36,374 bases of DNA from the IMG/VR virus record IMGVR_UViG_2531839477_000014. One strand, written 5' to 3'. Shown here one piece after another: positions 16,655 through 26,801 of this stretch. The position numbers were made by a program, and so were the translations under genes. This DNA comes from a virus. Taxonomy: Duplodnaviria > Heunggongvirae > Uroviricota > Caudoviricetes. Position 1 is the first letter of the stretch. Every line of letters begins with the position of its first letter. Under the pieces are notes generated by a model that saw only the letters and a program-made list of their open reading frames with translations, was not told where the DNA came from and did not search any database.

Positions 16655-16781
16655 AAATTAACGATTGGTATTTATTTGCCGTCTGTTCATTGGATTGAAA
16701 AGTCTATTTAACAAACCGTGTTAAAGCGGTTTTTGATTGCAGTTATGGTTAGATATTTAACGAAAACTACAGGGATAATAG

Positions 16782-17132
16782 ATGCCTCCACGAACCCCAA
16801 AAGCCTGCCGCGTTCGCGGCTGCCGCCATACCACGACTGACCCGTCAGGCTATTGCGAAAGCCACAAAAGCAAAGGCTGGAAGCAATACAAGCCAGGCCA
16901 GTCCCGACACCAGCGCGGTTATGGTTCGAAATGGGATGTTATCCGGGGGCGTGTACTGAAGCGTGACAAAGGCCTGTGTCAGTTGTGTTTGCGTGCCGGT
17001 GTGGTGCGCGAGGCGAAAACCGTTGACCACATCATCCCTAAAGCGCATGGCGGCACTGATGCCGACAGCAATCTGCAGAGCCTGTGCTGGCCGTGTCATA
17101 AGGCGAAGACGGCCCGTGAACGGTTGAAGTAA
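16782..17132 (+). CDS. HNH endonuclease (packaging-associated)
   Basis: HNH zinc-finger pattern: CxxxGC...C...HK...C, DHIIPKAHGGTD...NLQSLCWPCHKAK; immediately upstream of terminase genes. Confidence 0.85.
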   Translation: MPPRTPKACRVRGCRHTTTDPSGYCESHKSKGWKQYKPGQSRHQRGYGSKWDVIRGRVLKRDKGLCQLCLRAGVVREAKTVDHIIPKAHGGTDADSNLQSLCWPCHKAKTARERLK

Positions 17133-17257
17133 GAACCAGTTCCTACTGCCAGAGGGGAGGGGCGGGTCAAATCCCTGTGACCTGACGTCTTCCGGACTGC
17201 CCGCCCCATCGTTTTTTTATACCCGCGAAAAATGAAATTTAACCAGGAGTGCCGCAT

Positions 17258-17752
17258 ATGGCTGGAACGGCGGGGCGTTCCGGGCGTCGCCCCAAGCCAA
17301 CGGCGCGCAAGGCGCTGGCCGGAAACCCCGGCAAGCGAGCCCTGAATAAAGATGAACCTGTTTTTACGCCCATCAAAGGTGTTGAGCCACCGGAGTGGTT
17401 CGCTGAAGAAGATCTCCCTCTCGCCACGATCATGTGGCAACTGACAACCAAAGAACTCTGCGGTCAGGGCCTGCTGTGCGTGACTGACCTCGCGGTGCTT
17501 GAGCGGTGGTGCGTGGCCTACGAGTTCTGGCGGCGTGCCGTGAAAAATATTGCCAGACAGGGCAACACCATCACCGGTGCAATGGGTGGCATGGTCAAAA
17601 ATCCGGAGCTGACCGCCAAGAAAGAACAGGAGTCCGAGATGAGCAGCACGGGGGCAATGCTCGGACTCGACCCCAGCAGCCGCCAGCGTCTGATTGGCCT
17701 GGCGGGGCAGAAGAAAGCCACTAACCCGTTTCTGAAAATCATCGAATCATGA
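17258..17752 (+). CDS. terminase small subunit (P27-type)
   Basis: Start at ATG 17258 with AGGAG Shine-Dalgarno; protein resembles P27-family small terminase subunits; directly precedes terminase large subunit with ATGA overlap. Confidence 0.75.
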   Translation: MAGTAGRSGRRPKPTARKALAGNPGKRALNKDEPVFTPIKGVEPPEWFAEEDLPLATIMWQLTTKELCGQGLLCVTDLAVLERWCVAYEFWRRAVKNIARQGNTITGAMGGMVKNPELTAKKEQESEMSSTGAMLGLDPSSRQRLIGLAGQKKATNPFLKIIES

Positions 17753-19482
17753 GCCGGAAATCTTACCCCAACGTAAATGCTGCCAATCAGTATGCCCGTG
17801 ATGTCGTGCGCGGAAAGATTGTGGCCTGCCAGTTTGTGATTCAGGCCTGCCAGCGCCATCTTGATGACCTGATGGCGGAAAAAAGTAAGTCGTTTCGTTA
17901 CCGCTTCGACAAGGACCTGGCTGAACGGGCCGCGAAATTTATTCAGCTGTTGCCACACACCAAGGGGGAGTGGGCATTCAAGAGGATGCCCATCACGCTG
18001 GAACCGTGGCAGCTCTTTGTGATCTGCTGTGCGTTTGGCTGGGTCAATAAAGGCTCCCGGCTGCGCCGCTTCAGGGAGGTGTATACCGAAATCCCCCGTA
18101 AGAACGGCAAATCGGCAATCTCTGCCGGTGTTGCCCTGTATTGTTTTGCCTGTGATAACGAGTTTGGCGCGGAAGTGTATTCCGGTGCCACGACAGAGAA
18201 ACAGGCGTGGGAAGTCTTTCGCCCGGCGCGACTGATGTGTAAACGCACACCCATGCTGACGGAAGCGTTCGGGATTGAGGTTAACGCCTCAAACATGAAC
18301 CGTCCGGAGGATGGCGCGCGGTTTGAACCGCTGATCGGTAACCCCGGTGATGGCTCATCACCCCACTGTGCCGTGGTGGATGAATATCACGAGCACGCCA
18401 CCGATGCGCTTTATACCACGATGCTTACCGGGATGGGCGCGCGACGTCAGCCACTGATGTGGGCCATCACCACCGCCGGGTACAACATTGAGGGGCCGTG
18501 CTACGACAAGCGGCGGGAAGTTATCGAGATGCTCAACGGTTCGGTACCCAACGATGAACTGTTCGGGATCATCTATACCGTTGACGAAGGCGATGACTGG
18601 ACCGACCCGCAGGTGCTGGAAAAAGCCAATCCAAATATTGGCGTGTCGGTTTATCGCGAATTTTTGTTAAGTCAGCAGCAGCGTGCGAAAAATAACGCCC
18701 GTCTGGCAAACGTCTTTAAAACAAAACACCTCAATATCTGGGTGTCGGCGCGTTCGGCGTATTTCAACCTGGTGAGCTGGCAGAGCTGCGAGGATAAATC
18801 ACTGACCCTTGAGCAGTTCGAGGGGCAGCCGTGCATTCTGGCCTTTGACCTGGCGCGTAAGCTGGATATGAACAGCATGGCGCGACTTTATACCCGCGAG
18901 ATTGACGGTAAAACGCATTACTACAGTGTGGCTCCGCGCTTCTGGGTACCGTATGACACGGTGTACAGCGTCGAGAAAAATGAAGATCGCCGGACAGCCG
19001 AACGCTTTCAGAAATGGGTGGAAATGGGCGTTCTGACCGTTACCGATGGTGCGGAGGTGGATTATCGCTACATCCTCGAGGAGGCCAAAGCGGCGAACAA
19101 AATCAGCCCGGTCAGTGAGTCACCCATCGACCCCTTCGGGGCGACCGGGTTGTCACATGACCTTGCTGATGAAGACCTGAATCCCGTCACTATCATTCAG
19201 AACTACACCAACATGTCCGACCCGATGAAAGAGCTGGAAGCGGCAATTGAATCGGGGCGCTTTCATCATGATGGCAATCCCATCATGACCTGGTGTATCG
19301 GCAATGTGGTCGGCAAAACCATTCCGGGTAACGATGATGTGGTGAAACCCGTCAAAGAGCAGGCGGAAAACAAAATTGACGGTGCAGTTGCGCTGATTAT
19401 GGCGGTTGGCAGAGCCATGCTGTACGAGAAAGAAGACACGCTGTCTGACCACATTGAGTCCTATGGGATCCGCTCGCTTTAA
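17749..19482 (+). CDS. terminase large subunit
   Basis: 577-aa protein with ATPase region ([18 protein letters not shown], Walker A-like) and C-terminal nuclease region; canonical position. Confidence 0.93.
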   Translation: MSRKSYPNVNAANQYARDVVRGKIVACQFVIQACQRHLDDLMAEKSKSFRYRFDKDLAERAAKFIQLLPHTKGEWAFKRMPITLEPWQLFVICCAFGWVNKGSRLRRFREVYTEIPRKNGKSAISAGVALYCFACDNEFGAEVYSGATTEKQAWEVFRPARLMCKRTPMLTEAFGIEVNASNMNRPEDGARFEPLIGNPGDGSSPHCAVVDEYHEHATDALYTTMLTGMGARRQPLMWAITTAGYNIEGPCYDKRREVIEMLNGSVPNDELFGIIYTVDEGDDWTDPQVLEKANPNIGVSVYREFLLSQQQRAKNNARLANVFKTKHLNIWVSARSAYFNLVSWQSCEDKSLTLEQFEGQPCILAFDLARKLDMNSMARLYTREIDGKTHYYSVAPRFWVPYDTVYSVEKNEDRRTAERFQKWVEMGVLTVTDGAEVDYRYILEEAKAANKISPVSESPIDPFGATGLSHDLADEDLNPVTIIQNYTNMSDPMKELEAAIESGRFHHDGNPIMTWCIGNVVGKTIPGNDDVVKPVKEQAENKIDGAVALIMAVGRAMLYEKEDTLSDHIESYGIRSL

Positions 19483-19493
19483 CTGAGGTAATT

Positions 19494-19676
19494 ATGATCA
19501 TGCTGATTCTCGCGCCTCTGGTGGGCGTGCTGGGGGCGCTTTTGCTGGCGTATGGTGCCTGGCTGATTTATCCCCCGGCGGGGTTTGTTGTTGCCGGGGC
19601 GTTGTGCCTGTTCTGGTCGTGGCTGGTAGCGCGATATCTCGATCGTACACAGCTGTCTGTTGGTGGAGGTAAATAG
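19494..19676 (+). CDS. hypothetical small membrane protein (60 aa) between terminase and portal
   Basis: ATG with GAGGT Shine-Dalgarno; two hydrophobic helices ([23 protein letters not shown]; [16 protein letters not shown]). Confidence 0.45.
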   Translation: MIMLILAPLVGVLGALLLAYGAWLIYPPAGFVVAGALCLFWSWLVARYLDRTQLSVGGGK

Positions 19677-20917
19677 TGTTCTTTTCGGGATTATTTCAAC
19701 GAAAAAGTGACGCACCGGTGACCACGCCAGCAGAGCTGGCGGATGCCATCGGGTTGTCCTACGACACCTATACCGGAAAGCAGATCAGCAGTCAGCGGGC
19801 CATGCGACTGACGGCGGTTTTTTCCTGCGTCAGAGTGCTGGCAGAGTCGGTTGGGATGTTGCCCTGCAATCTGTATCACCTGAACGGCAGCCTGAAGCAG
19901 AGAGCCACCGGCGAACGTCTGCATAAACTGATCTCCACGCATCCCAATGGCTATATGACGCCGCAGGAGTTCTGGGAGCTGGTGGTCACCTGTCTGTGCC
20001 TGCGGGGAAACTTTTACGCCTACAAAGTGAAAGCATTTGGCGAAGTGGCTGAACTGCTGCCCGTCGATCCCGGCTGTGTGGTACCGAAGCTTAACAGTAG
20101 CTGGGAGCCGATCTATCAGGTCACATTCCCGGATGGATCCACGGATGTACTGAGCCAGGAGGATATCTGGCATGTGCGCACGCTGACGCTGGACGGACTG
20201 GTGGGGCTGAATCCCATCGCCTATGCCCGCGAGGCAATATCGCTGGCGGCAGCGACCGAAGAGCACGGGGCCAGACTGTTCAGCAATGGCGCGGTGACGT
20301 CGGGTGTGTTGCGTACAGAGCAGACGCTGTCAGATCAGGCTTATGAGCGCCTGAAGAAAGATTTTGAGGAGCGTCACACCGGGCTTGGCAATGCTCACCG
20401 CCCGATGATCCTTGAGATGGGGCTGGACTGGAAGTCGATGGCGCTGAACGCCGAGGACAGCCAGTTCCTGGAAACCCGCAAGTTTCAGCTTGAAGAAATC
20501 TGTCGTCTGTTCCGGGTGCCGTTGCACATGGTGCAGAACACCGATCGCGCCACCTTCAACAATATCGAAGAGCTGGGGCTGGGATTTATCAACTATTCAC
20601 TGGTGCCGTATCTGACCCGCATCGAACAGCGGATCAACACCGGACTGGTACGAAAAAGTAAGCAGGGCGTTTATTACGCCAAATTTAACGCCGGGGCGTT
20701 ACTGCGCGGGGATATGAAGTCCCGTTTTGAAGCCTACGCCACCGGGATCAACTGGGGAATTTACTCTCCCAATGACTGCCGCGACCTGGAAGATATGAAT
20801 CCGCGTCCCGGTGGTGATGTCTATCTCACACCGATGAACATGACCACGAAACCCTCCGATGGCAGTAAAGCCGGTAAGCAGAAGGATAACGCCAATGCAG
20901 ACGAAACAACGTCTTGA
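19676..20917 (+). CDS. portal protein (HK97 family)
   Basis: 413-aa protein following terminase, GTG start after GGAGG; resembles HK97-family portal proteins. Confidence 0.88.
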   Translation: MFFSGLFQRKSDAPVTTPAELADAIGLSYDTYTGKQISSQRAMRLTAVFSCVRVLAESVGMLPCNLYHLNGSLKQRATGERLHKLISTHPNGYMTPQEFWELVVTCLCLRGNFYAYKVKAFGEVAELLPVDPGCVVPKLNSSWEPIYQVTFPDGSTDVLSQEDIWHVRTLTLDGLVGLNPIAYAREAISLAAATEEHGARLFSNGAVTSGVLRTEQTLSDQAYERLKKDFEERHTGLGNAHRPMILEMGLDWKSMALNAEDSQFLETRKFQLEEICRLFRVPLHMVQNTDRATFNNIEELGLGFINYSLVPYLTRIEQRINTGLVRKSKQGVYYAKFNAGALLRGDMKSRFEAYATGINWGIYSPNDCRDLEDMNPRPGGDVYLTPMNMTTKPSDGSKAGKQKDNANADETTS

Positions 20918-21545
20918 TGTACCGCTGAGTCTGAAATCTGTCAGTGACTCCGGTGAGTTTGAAGGGTATGGCTCCGTCTTTGGTGTAAAGGACAGCCACG
21001 ATGATGTGGTGATGTCCGGGGCATTTGCTGCTTCCCTGCGGGCGTGGAGTGACAGAAAAGCGTTACCTGCGCTGCTCTGGCAGCACCGCATGGATGAACC
21101 CATCGGTGTTTACACCGAAATGAAGGAAGACGATGTCGGGCTTTACGTCAGGGGACGGTTGCTTATTGATGATGATCCCCTCGCAAAACGCGCACATGCA
21201 CACATGAAGGCCGGTTCGTTAACCGGCCTTTCTATTGGGTACGTCCTGAAAGACTGGGAATACGACCGGAGCAAAGAAGCCTTTCTGCTGAAAGAAATCG
21301 ACCTCTGGGAAGTCAGCCTGGTGACGTTCCCGTCTAACGACGAGGCGCGGATCAGCGACGTCAAGAACGCACTGGCCCGCGGGGAAATCCCCGAACAGAA
21401 AAAAATCGAAAGAGTCCTGCGTGATGTCGGACTCTCCCGTACCCAGGCCAAAGCATTCATGGCCGGGGGCTATGGCGCACTGTCCCTGCGCGACGCTGAG
21501 GATGTGGGCTCTGCACTGAATGCACTGAAAAATCTGAACTTCTAA
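20895..21545 (+). CDS. prohead maturation protease (HK97 family)
   Basis: Between portal and major capsid; start at ATG 20895 (AAGGA Shine-Dalgarno) overlapping portal 3' end; resembles HK97-family prohead proteases. Confidence 0.85.
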   Translation: MQTKQRLDVPLSLKSVSDSGEFEGYGSVFGVKDSHDDVVMSGAFAASLRAWSDRKALPALLWQHRMDEPIGVYTEMKEDDVGLYVRGRLLIDDDPLAKRAHAHMKAGSLTGLSIGYVLKDWEYDRSKEAFLLKEIDLWEVSLVTFPSNDEARISDVKNALARGEIPEQKKIERVLRDVGLSRTQAKAFMAGGYGALSLRDAEDVGSALNALKNLNF

Positions 21546-21559
21546 TCAGGAGAAATACG

Positions 21560-22765
21560 ATGGCGGTTGATATTAAAGATGTCGAACAGGTCGCGCAGGA
21601 GCTGCAGCAGAAGTTTGACGACTTCAAAGCAAAGAACGACAAGCGCGTGGATGCGATTGAGCAGGAAAAAGGCAAGCTTGCCGGGCAGGTGGAAACCCTG
21701 AACGGGAAACTCAGCGAGCTGGAAAATCTCAAAAGCGACCTTGAAAAAGAGCTGCTTGAGCTGAAACGTCCGGCTGGTGGAGCGCAAAATAAACTGGCCA
21801 CCGAGCATAAAGAGGCGTTTGTGGGCTTCCTGCGTAAAGGCCGTGAAGACGGTCTGCGCGATCTGGAGCGTAAGGCATTGCAGGTGGGTACCGATGAAGA
21901 CGGTGGCTACGCCGTGCCGGAAGAACTGGATCGCAACATTCTTAACCTGCTGAAAGATGAAGTGGTGATGCGTCAGGAAGCCACGGTGATCACCGTTGGC
22001 GGTTCCGACTACAAAAAACTGGTGAATCTGGGCGGTACGGCTTCCGGATGGGTGGGGGAAACGGATACGCGATCCCAGACTGCCACCTCCAGACTGGAGC
22101 TGATTGAACCTCTCATGGGGGAAATTTACGGCAACCCGCAGGCTACCCAGAAAATGCTGGACGATGCCTTCTTCAACGTGGAGGCCTGGATCAACAGCGA
22201 GCTGGCAACCGAATTTGCCGAACAGGAAGAAATTGCCTTTACCTCAGGCGATGGCACCAAGAAGCCGAAAGGGTTCCTGGCGTATGAATCCACTGATGAA
22301 ACCGACAAGGTCCGGGCGTTCGGCAAACTTCAGCATATTGTATCCGGCGAAGCGACCGCGGTGACCGCAGACGCCATTATCAAACTGATTTACACGCTGC
22401 GTAAGGCACACCGCACTGGCGCGAAGTTCATGATGAACAACAACAGCCTGTTTGCCATCCGTCTGCTGAAAGACACCGAGGGTAACTATCTGTGGCGTCC
22501 TGGGCTGGAACTGGGGCAGCCATCCTCTCTGGCGGGTTACGGTATCGCTGAAAACGAGCAGATGCCGGATATTGCCGCGGATGCGAAAGCCATTGCATTT
22601 GGTAACTTCAAACGGGGTTACACCATCGTTGACCGTATCGGTACCCGCATTCTTCGCGATCCGTACACCAATAAACCGTTTGTCGGTTTTTATACCACCA
22701 AGCGCACCGGCGGCATGCTGGTCGATTCGCAGGCCATCAAACTGCTGAAGATTGCTGCGGCGTAA
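21560..22765 (+). CDS. major capsid protein (HK97 fold) with N-terminal coiled-coil delta domain
   Basis: N-terminal ~100 aa is a heptad-rich scaffold-like domain (QELQQKFDDFKAKNDKRVDAIEQEKGKLAGQVETLNGKLSELENLKSDLEKELLELK) followed by a capsid body. Confidence 0.9.
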   Translation: MAVDIKDVEQVAQELQQKFDDFKAKNDKRVDAIEQEKGKLAGQVETLNGKLSELENLKSDLEKELLELKRPAGGAQNKLATEHKEAFVGFLRKGREDGLRDLERKALQVGTDEDGGYAVPEELDRNILNLLKDEVVMRQEATVITVGGSDYKKLVNLGGTASGWVGETDTRSQTATSRLELIEPLMGEIYGNPQATQKMLDDAFFNVEAWINSELATEFAEQEEIAFTSGDGTKKPKGFLAYESTDETDKVRAFGKLQHIVSGEATAVTADAIIKLIYTLRKAHRTGAKFMMNNNSLFAIRLLKDTEGNYLWRPGLELGQPSSLAGYGIAENEQMPDIAADAKAIAFGNFKRGYTIVDRIGTRILRDPYTNKPFVGFYTTKRTGGMLVDSQAIKLLKIAAA

Positions 22766-22772
22766 TCACTCA

Positions 22773-22795
22773 GGGGCGCGGAACCGCGCCCCCTG
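22773..22795 (+). terminator. GC-rich hairpin downstream of major capsid gene (possible attenuator/terminator)
   Basis: Perfect inverted repeat GGGGCGCGG / CCGCGCCCC directly after the capsid stop; only a short T-containing tail. Confidence 0.4.
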
Positions 22796-22814
22796 TTCTG
22801 ACGGGTGAAGAATC

Positions 22815-23015
22815 ATGATCCTGAAACAAGATCTGAAATGGTCACCGGACGGTATGCGTGTTGAGGTCATTCGGGCCGGTGAGTATGACGACGGGGCGCT
22901 TCCTGCCCGGGTGCAGGAGATTGCACTTCAGGCCGGGTTAGCAGAGCGCGGAACCAGTGCAAAAAGCAGTAAAGCGACAAAAGAGAATAAAGCCACGACC
23001 AGTAAAGAGGGCTGA
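22815..23015 (+). CDS. hypothetical head-module protein (66 aa)
   Basis: Small ORF between capsid and connector genes; no recognisable motif. Confidence 0.4.
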   Translation: MILKQDLKWSPDGMRVEVIRAGEYDDGALPARVQEIALQAGLAERGTSAKSSKATKENKATTSKEG

Positions 23016-23017
23016 GT

Positions 23018-23341
23018 ATGCTTCTGACAATGGAAGAGATTAAAGCCCAACTCCGGCTGGATGAGGATTTCGATGCTGATGACCGCCATCTGCAACTGCT
23101 GGCCTGTGCGGCGCAAAAGCGGACGGAAACGTATCTGAACCGGAAGCTCTATGCTCCGGATGAAACCATTCCGGACAGCGATCCGGACGGGCTGCACCTG
23201 CCGGATGATATTCGTCTGGGGATGCTGATGCTTATCAGCCATTTTTACGAAAATCGCTCGTCGGTTACAGACGTTGAGAAAATGGAGTTGCCAATGAGCT
23301 TTAACTGGCTTGTCGGCCCGTACAGGTATTTCCCGCAATGA
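23018..23341 (+). CDS. head-tail connector protein (gp6-like)
   Basis: N-terminal MEEIKAQLRLDEDFDADDRHLQLLACAAQKRTE pattern typical of gp6-like connector proteins. Confidence 0.65.
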   Translation: MLLTMEEIKAQLRLDEDFDADDRHLQLLACAAQKRTETYLNRKLYAPDETIPDSDPDGLHLPDDIRLGMLMLISHFYENRSSVTDVEKMELPMSFNWLVGPYRYFPQ

Positions 23342-23748
23342 AAATTCGTCAGGCGCAGACCAGCGCAACCTACATTCTGCCGGACCCCGGTGAACTGAAT
23401 AAACGCGTCCTGATCCGCCAGCGGGTGGATATGCCCGCGGATAACTTTGGCGTGGAGCCTCAATACCCGGTTGCGTTCCGGACATGGGCGAAGGTTGTCC
23501 AGACCAGTGCTACCACCTGGCAGGAAACCGCGCAGACCGGGGACGCCATCACCCATTACATCACCATTCGTTACCACCGGGGGATCACCGCTGATTATGA
23601 GGTGGTCTGCGGTGACAGTGTGTACCGGGTGAAACGTCAGCGCGATCTGAACGGGGCGCGGCGCTTTCTGCTGCTGGAGTGTACGGAGCTGGGCGAATGT
23701 AGGCAGAGTCACGGAGGCAACAATGACGACTTCCTTTTTGCACGTTGA
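23338..23748 (+). CDS. head closure / head-tail adaptor protein
   Basis: Position and size in an HK97-like head-completion gene series; weak motif recognition. Confidence 0.5.
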   Translation: MKIRQAQTSATYILPDPGELNKRVLIRQRVDMPADNFGVEPQYPVAFRTWAKVVQTSATTWQETAQTGDAITHYITIRYHRGITADYEVVCGDSVYRVKRQRDLNGARRFLLLECTELGECRQSHGGNNDDFLFAR

Positions 23749-24229
23749 TTTTCAGCAGCCCGCGGAGATGCGCTTTAACCGCGCCCGTGTCCGGCGGGCG
23801 TTTGTCACGATTGGTCAGCGTCATATGCGTGATGCCCGTCGGCTGGTGATGCGCCGTGCGCGGTCGGCACCGGGTGAAAACCCCGGTTATCAGACCGGAC
23901 GCCTGGCTCGTTCGATTGGTTACATGGTACCCAGAGCCAGTAAACATCGCCCTGGTTTTATGGCACGTATAGCCCCTAACCAGCGTAATGGAGAGGGAAA
24001 CCGCCGTATCACCGGTGATTTTTATCCGGCTTTTTTGTTCTATGGCGTGAGGCGAGGGGCAAAGCGTCGTCGCAGCCATCATCGTGGTGCATCCGGTGGC
24101 AGCGGCTGGCGACTGGCTCCACGTAATAACTTCATGGTGGAAACTCTTGAAAAGAACCGCAGCTGGACACGCTATTTTCTGGCGCGGGAATTGCGTAAAT
24201 CACTGAAGCCGGAGCGACGACACAGATGA
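23723..24229 (+). CDS. HK97 gp10-like head-tail joining protein
   Basis: Basic 168-aa protein in canonical position; start with GGAGG Shine-Dalgarno. Confidence 0.5.
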   Translation: MTTSFLHVDFQQPAEMRFNRARVRRAFVTIGQRHMRDARRLVMRRARSAPGENPGYQTGRLARSIGYMVPRASKHRPGFMARIAPNQRNGEGNRRITGDFYPAFLFYGVRRGAKRRRSHHRGASGGSGWRLAPRNNFMVETLEKNRSWTRYFLARELRKSLKPERRHR

Positions 24230-24786
24230 AACTGACGCCTGTTATTGCTGCGCTGCGTGCCCGCTGCCCGTATTTTGAAAACCGGGTGGCAGGCGCGGCA
24301 CAGTTCAAAAATCTGCCGGAGGTCGGAAAGCTGAGACTCCCGGCGGCGTATGTGGTACCGGGGGATGATTCTCCGGGAGAAAACAAAAGCCAGACCGACT
24401 ACTGGCAGGAGCTGAAAGAGGGCTTCTCCGTGGTTGTCATACTGAGTAACGGGGGTGATGAGCGCGGTCAGTTTGCTTCGTATGATGTGGTGGACGATGT
24501 CCGGCAGATGCTCTTTAAGGCCCTGCTGGGCTGGAACCCGGAAGAGTGCGGTAACCCGATTAACTATGACGGCGGCACGCTGCTGGATCTGAATCGTCAT
24601 GAGCTGATTTATCAGTTCGATTTTTCGATCATCAGCGAGCTGACTGAAGACGATACCCGCCAGCAGGATGACCTGAACAGTCTGGATGAACTGCGAACGC
24701 TGGCGATTGATGTTGATTATCTCGATCCCGGTAACGGGCCTGACGGCGATATCGAACATCACACCGAAATAACCCTTCCTTCCTGA
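24226..24786 (+). CDS. tail completion / tail terminator-like protein (Mu-like myovirus module)
   Basis: Gene immediately upstream of the small DUF2635-like ORF and the tail sheath; acidic 186-aa protein. Confidence 0.4.
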   Translation: MKLTPVIAALRARCPYFENRVAGAAQFKNLPEVGKLRLPAAYVVPGDDSPGENKSQTDYWQELKEGFSVVVILSNGGDERGQFASYDVVDDVRQMLFKALLGWNPEECGNPINYDGGTLLDLNRHELIYQFDFSIISELTEDDTRQQDDLNSLDELRTLAIDVDYLDPGNGPDGDIEHHTEITLPS

Positions 24787-24794
24787 GAATCTTC

Positions 24795-24965
24795 ATGTTT
24801 GTGAAACCTGTTAAAGGGCGGTCAGTGCCTGACCCTGCCCGCGGTGACCTTTTGCCCGCCGAAGGGCGAAAGGTTGACGAGAACAACTACTGGCTGCGCC
24901 GTGAAGCAGCGGGTGATATCCGGCGCGTGAATAAAAAGGTGAACACCGATGACGATAAGCTTTAA
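24795..24965 (+). CDS. small DUF2635-like protein (56 aa), not in the supplied ORF track
   Basis: Own translation: MFVKPVKGRSVPDPARGDLLPAEGRKVDENNYWLRREAAGDIRRVNKKVNTDDDKL; sits before the sheath gene with its 3' end overlapping the sheath start. Confidence 0.5.
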   Translation: MFVKPVKGRSVPDPARGDLLPAEGRKVDENNYWLRREAAGDIRRVNKKVNTDDDKL

Positions 24966-26445
24966 CACCATTCCGTCGAATACGCTGGTTCCGCTGTTTT
25001 ATGCGGAAATGGATAACCAGGCGGCGAATACTGCACAGGACAGCGGAGCATCGCTGCTGATTGGTCATGCCAATAACGGTGCAGAGATTGTTGCCAACAG
25101 TCTGTTGCTGATGCCGTCGGCAGACTATGCACGCCAGATTTGTGGTGCGGGAAGTCAGCTGGCGCGTATGGTCGAGGCTTATCGCCAGACCGACCCGTTT
25201 GGTGAACTGTATGTAATTGCCGTTCCTGAATCCACGGGCGCGGCGGCAACAGTTACGCTGACGGTGACCGGGGCGGCAACCGAAACCGGCACGGTGAATG
25301 TTTATGTGGGACGTACCCGCGTGCAGGCACCGGTGACTAACGGCGATAACGTCACGACGATTGCCAGCAGTATCCAGGATGCCATCAATGCCGTTCCGGC
25401 CCTGCCGTTTACGGCCTCATCTTCGGCTGGCGTGGTCACACTGACCGCGCGTCATAAGGGGCTTTGCGGGAATGAAATTCCTGTCAGCCTCAATTACTAC
25501 GGCTTTGGTGGGGGCGAAGTGCTGCCTGCGGGCGTACAGATTGCCGTGGCGACGGGGACCGCCGGAACGGGCTCTCCTGTTCTCACCGGCGCGGTGGCTG
25601 CAATGGCGGATGAGCCGTTTGATTATATCGGCCTGCCGTTCAACGACACGGCCTCCGTTAACACACTGGTGACCGAGATGAACGATACCAGCGGTCGCTG
25701 GAGCTATGCGCGTCAGCTGTATGGTCATGTGTATACGGCAAAGATCGGCACGCTGTCAGAACTGGTGACCGCAGGTGACCAGTTTAACCAGCAGCACATT
25801 ACCCTGGCGGGGTACGAAAAAGAGACCCAGACGCCTGCCGACGAGCTGGCGGCAAGCCGTACCGCCCGCGCAGCGGTGTTTATCCGCAACGATCCGGCAC
25901 GTCCCACGCAGACCGGTGAGCTGGTGGGTATGCTGCCTGCGCCGAAGGGGAAACGGTTCACGATGACCGAGCAGCAGACCCTGCTGTCTCATGGCGTGGC
26001 AACGGCGTATGTCGAAAGCGGGGTGCTGCGCATTCAGCGTGATGTCACCACGTACAGGAAAAACGCTTACGGGGTTGCGGATAACAGCTACCTCGACAGC
26101 GAGACGCTGCATACCAGTGCGTATGTACTGCGCAAACTGAAATCCGTCATTACCAGTAAGTACGGGCGTCACAAGCTTGCCAGCGACGGTACCCGCTTTG
26201 GTCCCGGTCAGGCGATTGTCACCCCGGCGGTAATCAAAGGGGAACTGCTGGCAACCTACCGTCAGCTTGAGCGTGCGGGGATCGTGGAAAACTACGAACT
26301 GTTTAAGCAGTACCTGGTTGTGGAGCGTGATGCCAGCGATCCGAACCGCCTGAACACGCTGTTCCCGCCTGACTATGTTAACCAGTTGCGTGTTTTTGCC
26401 GTGGTTAACCAGTTCCGTCTTCAGTATTCAGAGGAGTCTGCATAA
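24949..26445 (+). CDS. contractile tail sheath protein
   Basis: 498-aa protein followed by a tube gene and a frameshifted chaperone pair; resembles Mu-like sheath proteins. Confidence 0.88.
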   Translation: MTISFNTIPSNTLVPLFYAEMDNQAANTAQDSGASLLIGHANNGAEIVANSLLLMPSADYARQICGAGSQLARMVEAYRQTDPFGELYVIAVPESTGAAATVTLTVTGAATETGTVNVYVGRTRVQAPVTNGDNVTTIASSIQDAINAVPALPFTASSSAGVVTLTARHKGLCGNEIPVSLNYYGFGGGEVLPAGVQIAVATGTAGTGSPVLTGAVAAMADEPFDYIGLPFNDTASVNTLVTEMNDTSGRWSYARQLYGHVYTAKIGTLSELVTAGDQFNQQHITLAGYEKETQTPADELAASRTARAAVFIRNDPARPTQTGELVGMLPAPKGKRFTMTEQQTLLSHGVATAYVESGVLRIQRDVTTYRKNAYGVADNSYLDSETLHTSAYVLRKLKSVITSKYGRHKLASDGTRFGPGQAIVTPAVIKGELLATYRQLERAGIVENYELFKQYLVVERDASDPNRLNTLFPPDYVNQLRVFAVVNQFRLQYSEESA

Positions 26446-26801
26446 TGGCCCGTATCGGGGGAACCTGTTATTTCAAAATTGACGGTCAGCAGCTATCGCT
26501 GACCGGCGGCATTGAGGTGCCCATGAACAGGACGGTCAATGATGACATCATCGGCCTGGACGGTTCAGTGGACCGCAAGGAAACTCACCGTGCGCCTTAT
26601 GTCAAAGGGACCTTCAAGGTGCCGAAGAATTTTCCGGTGAGCAAAATCACCTCGTCTGATGAGATGACAATCACTGCCGAGCTGGCGAACGGTCAGGTCT
26701 ATGTACTGTCGTCTGCATGGCTGCACGGCGAAGCGAACCATAATGCCGAAGAAGGCACGGTTGATCTTGAGTTCCACGGTGAAGAAGGGGATTACCAGTA
26801 A
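26445..26801 (+). CDS. tail tube protein
   Basis: 118-aa protein directly after the sheath gene with ATGA coupling. Confidence 0.8.
   Translation: MARIGGTCYFKIDGQQLSLTGGIEVPMNRTVNDDIIGLDGSVDRKETHRAPYVKGTFKVPKNFPVSKITSSDEMTITAELANGQVYVLSSAWLHGEANHNAEEGTVDLEFHGEEGDYQ

Noticed and set aside
17518-18296. Minus-strand ORFs within terminase genes (17518..17958, 17943..18296)
   Set aside because: Antisense to a conserved terminase large-subunit gene; no start context.
19691-21103. Minus-strand ORFs within portal and protease genes (19691..20266, 20330..20527, 20699..21103)
   Set aside because: Antisense within conserved structural genes; typical high-GC reverse-frame artefacts.
21457-21808. Minus-strand ORFs (21457..21801, 21542..21808) over the capsid gene 5' end
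   Set aside because: Low-complexity Ser/Leu/Phe-rich translations antisense to the coiled-coil delta-domain coding region.
24962-26172. Minus-strand and alternate-frame ORFs in the tail sheath gene
   Set aside because: All overlap the strongly supported sheath ORF; none has a convincing start.
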